A DNA stretch of 52,121 bases, the filler included, from Thelocarpon superellum (Eukaryota), in NCBI GenBank assembly GCA_026025795.1. It is 2 parts of 2 records of this genome, joined end to end, with 100 filler letters (N's around TTAATTAATTAA, not from the genome) between each part and the next. Parts side by side here need not be neighbours in the genome. Positions count along the whole stretch, not along the records: positions 26,169 to 52,121 come from JAPEUG010000260.1; 1 more part is not named here. One strand, given 5' to 3'. The position numbers and the translations under genes are program-made. The notes beneath the pieces were generated by a model. It had not been told where the DNA came from and did no database searches. It saw nothing but the letters and a program-made list of their open reading frames with translations. Below are positions 47,764 through 52,121 of the stretch, piece by piece (within the stretch, counting starts at the first letter, position 1; each line of letters begins with the position of its first letter).

Positions 47764-49418
47764 ATGTTAGCCTCCACAGTCCTTCGGGCGTGGATGGCCA
47801 TGATAACATGCATCTCCATGGTCGAGGCCGCGATCGATTCGAGTATCTGGAGCCCCGAACAGAACGCGACCTGCGCGGCCGGCGGCGGCGACGTGGACGA
47901 TTTGCCTGTCGCCGCGGACCAGCTCGTGCTCTTCACCCCAAACCTGGGACAGGGCCACGATGGGGACGAGTTGCGGCGTCGTGACCTCCGGCTCCCGCCG
48001 GGCATCGGCACGCCCGGTGGCGGACTAGGCCAAGGCGGTTTGGGGGCGCGAGTGCTGGCCGCGAAAAGCTACGGTTCGTCGGCGAGGCATGAGGCGAATT
48101 GGCGCGGTGGGACCATTGTGCTGGAGCAGTACTTGGGAGCTAACAGCGTGTGGCAGTGCTGGCCAAGGTTGCCATGAGCGCCGGCCGGGTCATCGTCATG
48201 ACCTTCCGCAACGGTCAACTCACCCTGGCCCACGCTGCGGCTGGTGTTATCGCGGCCCGGCCGCAGTGGTATTCCACCGACCACGTGATGCCCCTGAGCC
48301 TTCCGTACAAATTTGTGCACTACGTTATGGCCGATAGCCCGGCACGCCAGGTCCTCCTGAGCCTCTTGCCCAAACAGCAGGTCACGGTAGGTGGCCCGAC
48401 CGCCCGACCGCCCGGGCGTCAAGGCTAAGCCGAGCTCATCCGCACCCTAGGCCTTTACGGATCACATTCGCGATGATACGTCCATCAATCAGGCCTGCAA
48501 CCTGTTTCTCGTGCCACACTGGATCAATGAGGTGATGGGATACCTCATCGCGGTACGTTGCTCCTCTCCTCGCCCCGCGCGGACACTCCACTCACGGGCT
48601 CGTGACAGACCAATGTGGCGGTGGATCGGCGGCAGTTCAGCCCGCGAGCTCGTATGCTCCTCCAACAATACGTGCAGCTCATCCGCAAGGACTACATGAC
48701 GACGGCCAAGGTCCTCGCATACACTTTGGCGGCCGCCGCGGGCGACCAGGGCGTGGCGAGCGACTTTCTGGACTACTGTACGCAACGCTTCCAGCGGGCG
48801 GTCCTATGGCTGGCGCAAGAGACGGGATGGCTGGGGGTGGACAATCCCCTTTTCTTCCTCGACCAGCACGCACGCACGGGCATCGCGGGCGGGATCGTCG
48901 GCGGCCTGGTCAACACCTGGCGCGTGCTTCCCTCGGTCCGGCCGCCGCGATGCGTGAAAGGACGATGCCTAGGCGGGACGGGCGGGAACGACACGAGCAC
49001 GAGCACAAACTCATCCATGGCCAACTCAACAGCTTCCGTGGGCTCGGCGGCAGTGGATCAGTATCTGCATAGCTTCATCGAGGTGGGGGGCTATGGGGCG
49101 CCAGGGGTCGCAGGGGCCCTAGCGGCCGGGCAAAACACGACCAACACCACGCTGCCGGTGCTGCATCCACCGGTGCAGTATCTGCCCAAGGTCTCGGACG
49201 ACTGGGATCCGGACGACGTCGACGACCCGCCACCACCCGGCAGCACCGACGCCGGCGACGCGACGGTGGGCAATCTGACACAGTCGCAGCTGGATCAAGC
49301 CACGAAGAAGGTCTTTCTGGACGCCCGATCGCTACCGCGTCAGCTCTCGGCCCCCGCGCGTCGACGACGAAGAGCGGTGCTGATTGCCGGGGATGTGTCA
49401 TCACAGTCAGACCTGTAG
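47764..49418 (+). CDS. Secreted hypothetical protein (multi-exon; 3' end uncertain)
   Basis: Signal-peptide-like MLASTVLRAWMAMITCISMVEA; ORFs 47764, 48150, ~48451 and 48615 are joined in frame by GT-AG introns with branch points; several N-glycosylation sequons (NAT, NDT, NST, NTT, NLT). Confidence 0.55.
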
Positions 49419-50043
49419 TATATCTTTGCAACGGTTGTACTAGCGGAAGGCTGCGTGAGCAAAGACTCATATAGAGATTAGGGTGAGTCGCAAGACTCGG
49501 ATGACACGGACGTAAAGGCTGGCGGCGGTACTCCTTAATGTTGAACGGCTACTCGACTTCGTTCCCTTTCCTCGTTTGGAACGTGGTCTCTGGGGGAGAG
49601 CAAGAATTGGAGAAGATGCATTTCCGGTAGCTGAGGCCGAGCTCATTCGTCCTCGTCCCTGTATCCACTTCGATGGGAAAACCATGTATGCGAGAAGTGA
49701 AGATAGACAGAGGCTAGGTCTTTACGAAAGATTCACATCAGAGAGGGATGTCTACAGGTTGAGCCACGACAAGAAGCAGTTCCATGGCCACATTCAGTAT
49801 GATATCTGTGATGCCATCCTCCTCTTTCCAAGTCGACCGTCATTGCATTGGGTTGAAAGATCGACCTTTCAATCTGCCATGTATAATATTAAAACGCTGG
49901 GACCGTTGTATATTGTTCGTTCTAGCGAAGGCAGAGCCATCGATAATGTATCTTTATATTTCAATTTTCGTGATTGTTTGGGAACGGGTTAACTGTTCAG
50001 AGCGTGTCGTGCCTACTCTCGGTGACGGCAAATTCTATGGAAG

Positions 50044-50134
50044 TGTAGGAATCAGAGCTGAATTGCTAATCTACGCGTAGTCTGGGATAGTGATAGGAGC
50101 GTGCACGTGACCAGATCACGTGCCCACTCCTACA
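50044..50134. mobile_element. 91-bp solo-LTR-like/MITE-like element, copy 2
   Basis: TGTAGGA...TCCTACA termini; 37 nt identical to copy 1; CACGTGA/TCACGTG hairpin; no evident target-site duplication. Confidence 0.55.
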
Positions 50135-50790
50135 ATAGTACCATGAAGAGGAGCATGGAAGTATAGACGAGCCACAGAGACCGCTAGTAGCGATAACTAC
50201 AGGGATACCAGAGGAGCGAGACCGTCATACTCGCACTCGCTGGATAAGCCACACGCGTACTTTACGAGCTCTCGTGCGGTTGTGCCTGTCAGAGTCTGAT
50301 TGGCGTGGAAGACCCCGTAGCGACAGGGATCAATGTGAGCTGCGAGGGCCGTCAGGGACGGTGCTCGCCTATCATCACCGCGGACTCCTGACAAGCGAGC
50401 CCCATACCGGACGAGGGCCCATCTGATGGCACGCCTGAACGCGTTGGGGAAACGAGAGACAGGCGACCGTGGATTGCTGCTTGCTGACGCCGATCGCTCG
50501 ACCGTCGGAGCTCACCCACGGCTCCATGGAGCGGGTGGTACTGCTCGACCCACTCGTGAGCTGGAGCATGTAAACATCTCGCCCACACGCAGTCATTGCC
50601 CTTTGCAGGCTATGCCATGTCCCCATCGTTGATGTGCAATTGACGTTGTTGTCGTCTGCCTTGGCCGCAGCTCACGCTCCCTTCACTTGACACTCCGACT
50701 GGAGATGGATCGTGCCATCGGGTGATCGCGCGTCATCCGCTCTTTCTCCCTCAGTTGCGCCCGACGACTACATGATTACATGGCGTGAGC

Positions 50791-52031
50791 ATGGCCGTCA
50801 TTCCTTCACACGCCCGCACCAATCCAGCCCACGCCGCCCTGGGCCTGAAGCTCTCGCCCTCCAATTCCCCTTACGGCCGGCCGTCCGCACCCCGCTCGCC
50901 CAGCAAGGCCCGGCGCAACCATGGCCAAGAAGCCTATCTCTCATTGTCCAGCATCGTCGGCACCACGACCGCCTCTCCCCGTGCCTTCGACTGCCATCCG
51001 CCGACGAGACGCTTCGTTCACGTGGCCGGGGCTGCCGCCGTCCTCGTCCATGTGGACGAGGAGCTGCACACCACCCAGCGGTTCTTTCGCGCACGACCTA
51101 CCGTCGTTCCCTGGAATGGGACGCCCTCTGTGACCAGTCCCTCGACGCCCACGCCGTCCAACGCGGATCTCCGCACGCGGACCCTTACGCCCCTCCGCGA
51201 TGCGAGCATGGGAGGCTTCGGCGGGGGCTCGCCGATGGGGGACTGGGGAGACTCGCCAAGCTCCAAGACGTGGACGGCGCGGGAGCGAATCAAGGCCGCC
51301 ACCTGTGTGGCCCTGAGCCCCGACGGACGCTTCCTAGCCCTGGGCGAGACAGGCTACAATCCCCGCGTCATGATCTTCTCAACTGCGCCCGATGCGCTTC
51401 CGGACATCCCCATGGCGGTCATTGGCCACCACACCTTTGGCGTCGCGTGGGTCGCCTGGAGCTGCGACTCCAAATACCTGGCCACCCTGGGCACGAACCA
51501 GGATGGCTTCCTCCACGTCTTCAGCATCAATCCGCGTACAGGCACGGCGAAGCTGCATGCCTCGAACAAGTGTACCAGCTTTGTGCACGCGCTCGTGTGG
51601 ATGGGCCGACACACGCTGGTCACGTAGGTGACGTGGCATCCGCGTATGGCGAGAGACACTGACGCCATCAGCGCGGGCACGCGACATGCCAAGGTCTGGC
51701 GCGTGGAGGACACCCGATCTACCTCCCCGGCCAAGTCGCGCCTCCTCGACGGCAGTCTGACGCCCTCGGCGGCGAGCCCGGCGCCAAAGTCGCTGGCGGG
51801 CCGCAACTGCCTCCTGGGACCGCTGCTCGAAGCGACGTTTACCTGCGCCGTCGGCATCGGCGATAACCAGGCCATCGCCTGCACCCAAAAGGGGGTCATC
51901 TGTTGGATTGACGACCGCGATAGCACGCAACGGCTGTCGAAAGTGGGCCACGCTGGATTTCCAGTGACCTGCATCGCCTTGGATGGCGACAGCCAACGCG
52001 TCTGGCTCGGTGGACGAGAGGGGCAGCTTCG
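50791..52031 (+). CDS. WD40-repeat protein, MABP1/WDR62-like (partial, runs off the window)
   Basis: LSLSSIVGTT, CVALSPDGRFLALGETGYNPRVMIF, HTFGVAWVAWSCDSKYLATLG, AGTRHAKVWR; GT-AG intron after 51623. Confidence 0.8.
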
Positions 52032-52049
52032 GTCAGTGTCGTGCGAGCC

Positions 52050-52050
<1 letters not shown>

Positions 52051-52121
<71 letters not shown>
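52051..52121. repeat. Poly-C homopolymer at the window end
   Basis: 71 consecutive C; lies in a predicted intron and may be a sequencing artefact. Confidence 0.85.

Noticed and set aside
134..50134. The two 90-bp direct repeats as ends of one 50-kb giant mobile element (Starship-like)
   Set aside because: No tyrosine recombinase, transposase or RT is seen; the cargo is housekeeping genes; outer flanks do not match; an artificial contig linker lies between the copies.
50197..50626. Short minus-strand ORFs upstream of the WD40 gene as a spliced gene
   Set aside because: No recognisable motif and no convincing exon chain.
52051..52121. Poly-C/poly-G tract as a functional G-quadruplex
   Set aside because: It lies at the sequence end and may be a homopolymer or two-colour sequencing artefact; cannot be validated here.

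Overview
GC-rich, intron-containing fungal genomic DNA, most likely a filamentous ascomycete (Pezizomycotina), inferred from the short GT-AG introns with CTRAC-type branch points and from the gene families. About 19 protein-coding genes can be supported. An artificial N44-TTAATTAATTAA-N44 spacer at 26069-26168 means the two halves may not be truly adjacent. The left half holds a Myb-like protein, EMP24 and an acid sphingomyelinase, then a candidate lipid-polyketide cluster (OLE1-type delta-9 desaturase, fatty-acid-type cytochrome P450, divergently transcribed type III PKS, small membrane protein, SAM-methyltransferase-like protein). These are followed by a second Myb-like protein, a non-canonical 14-3-3-like protein, a small Cys/His protein, a DHA2 MFS exporter and an RRT8/LDS-like protein. 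The right half holds a PSP1-domain protein, NFU1, a zf-HIT protein, a Ras-like/RasGEF fusion, a hypothetical protein, a GH63-like glycosidase, a secreted hypothetical protein and a partial WD40 (MABP1/WDR62-like) gene. A 90-bp TG...CA element with an internal hairpin occurs twice (134-223, 50044-50134), and the hairpin appears inverted between the copies. All product calls come from motif recognition by eye, not database searches, and exon boundaries are manual predictions.
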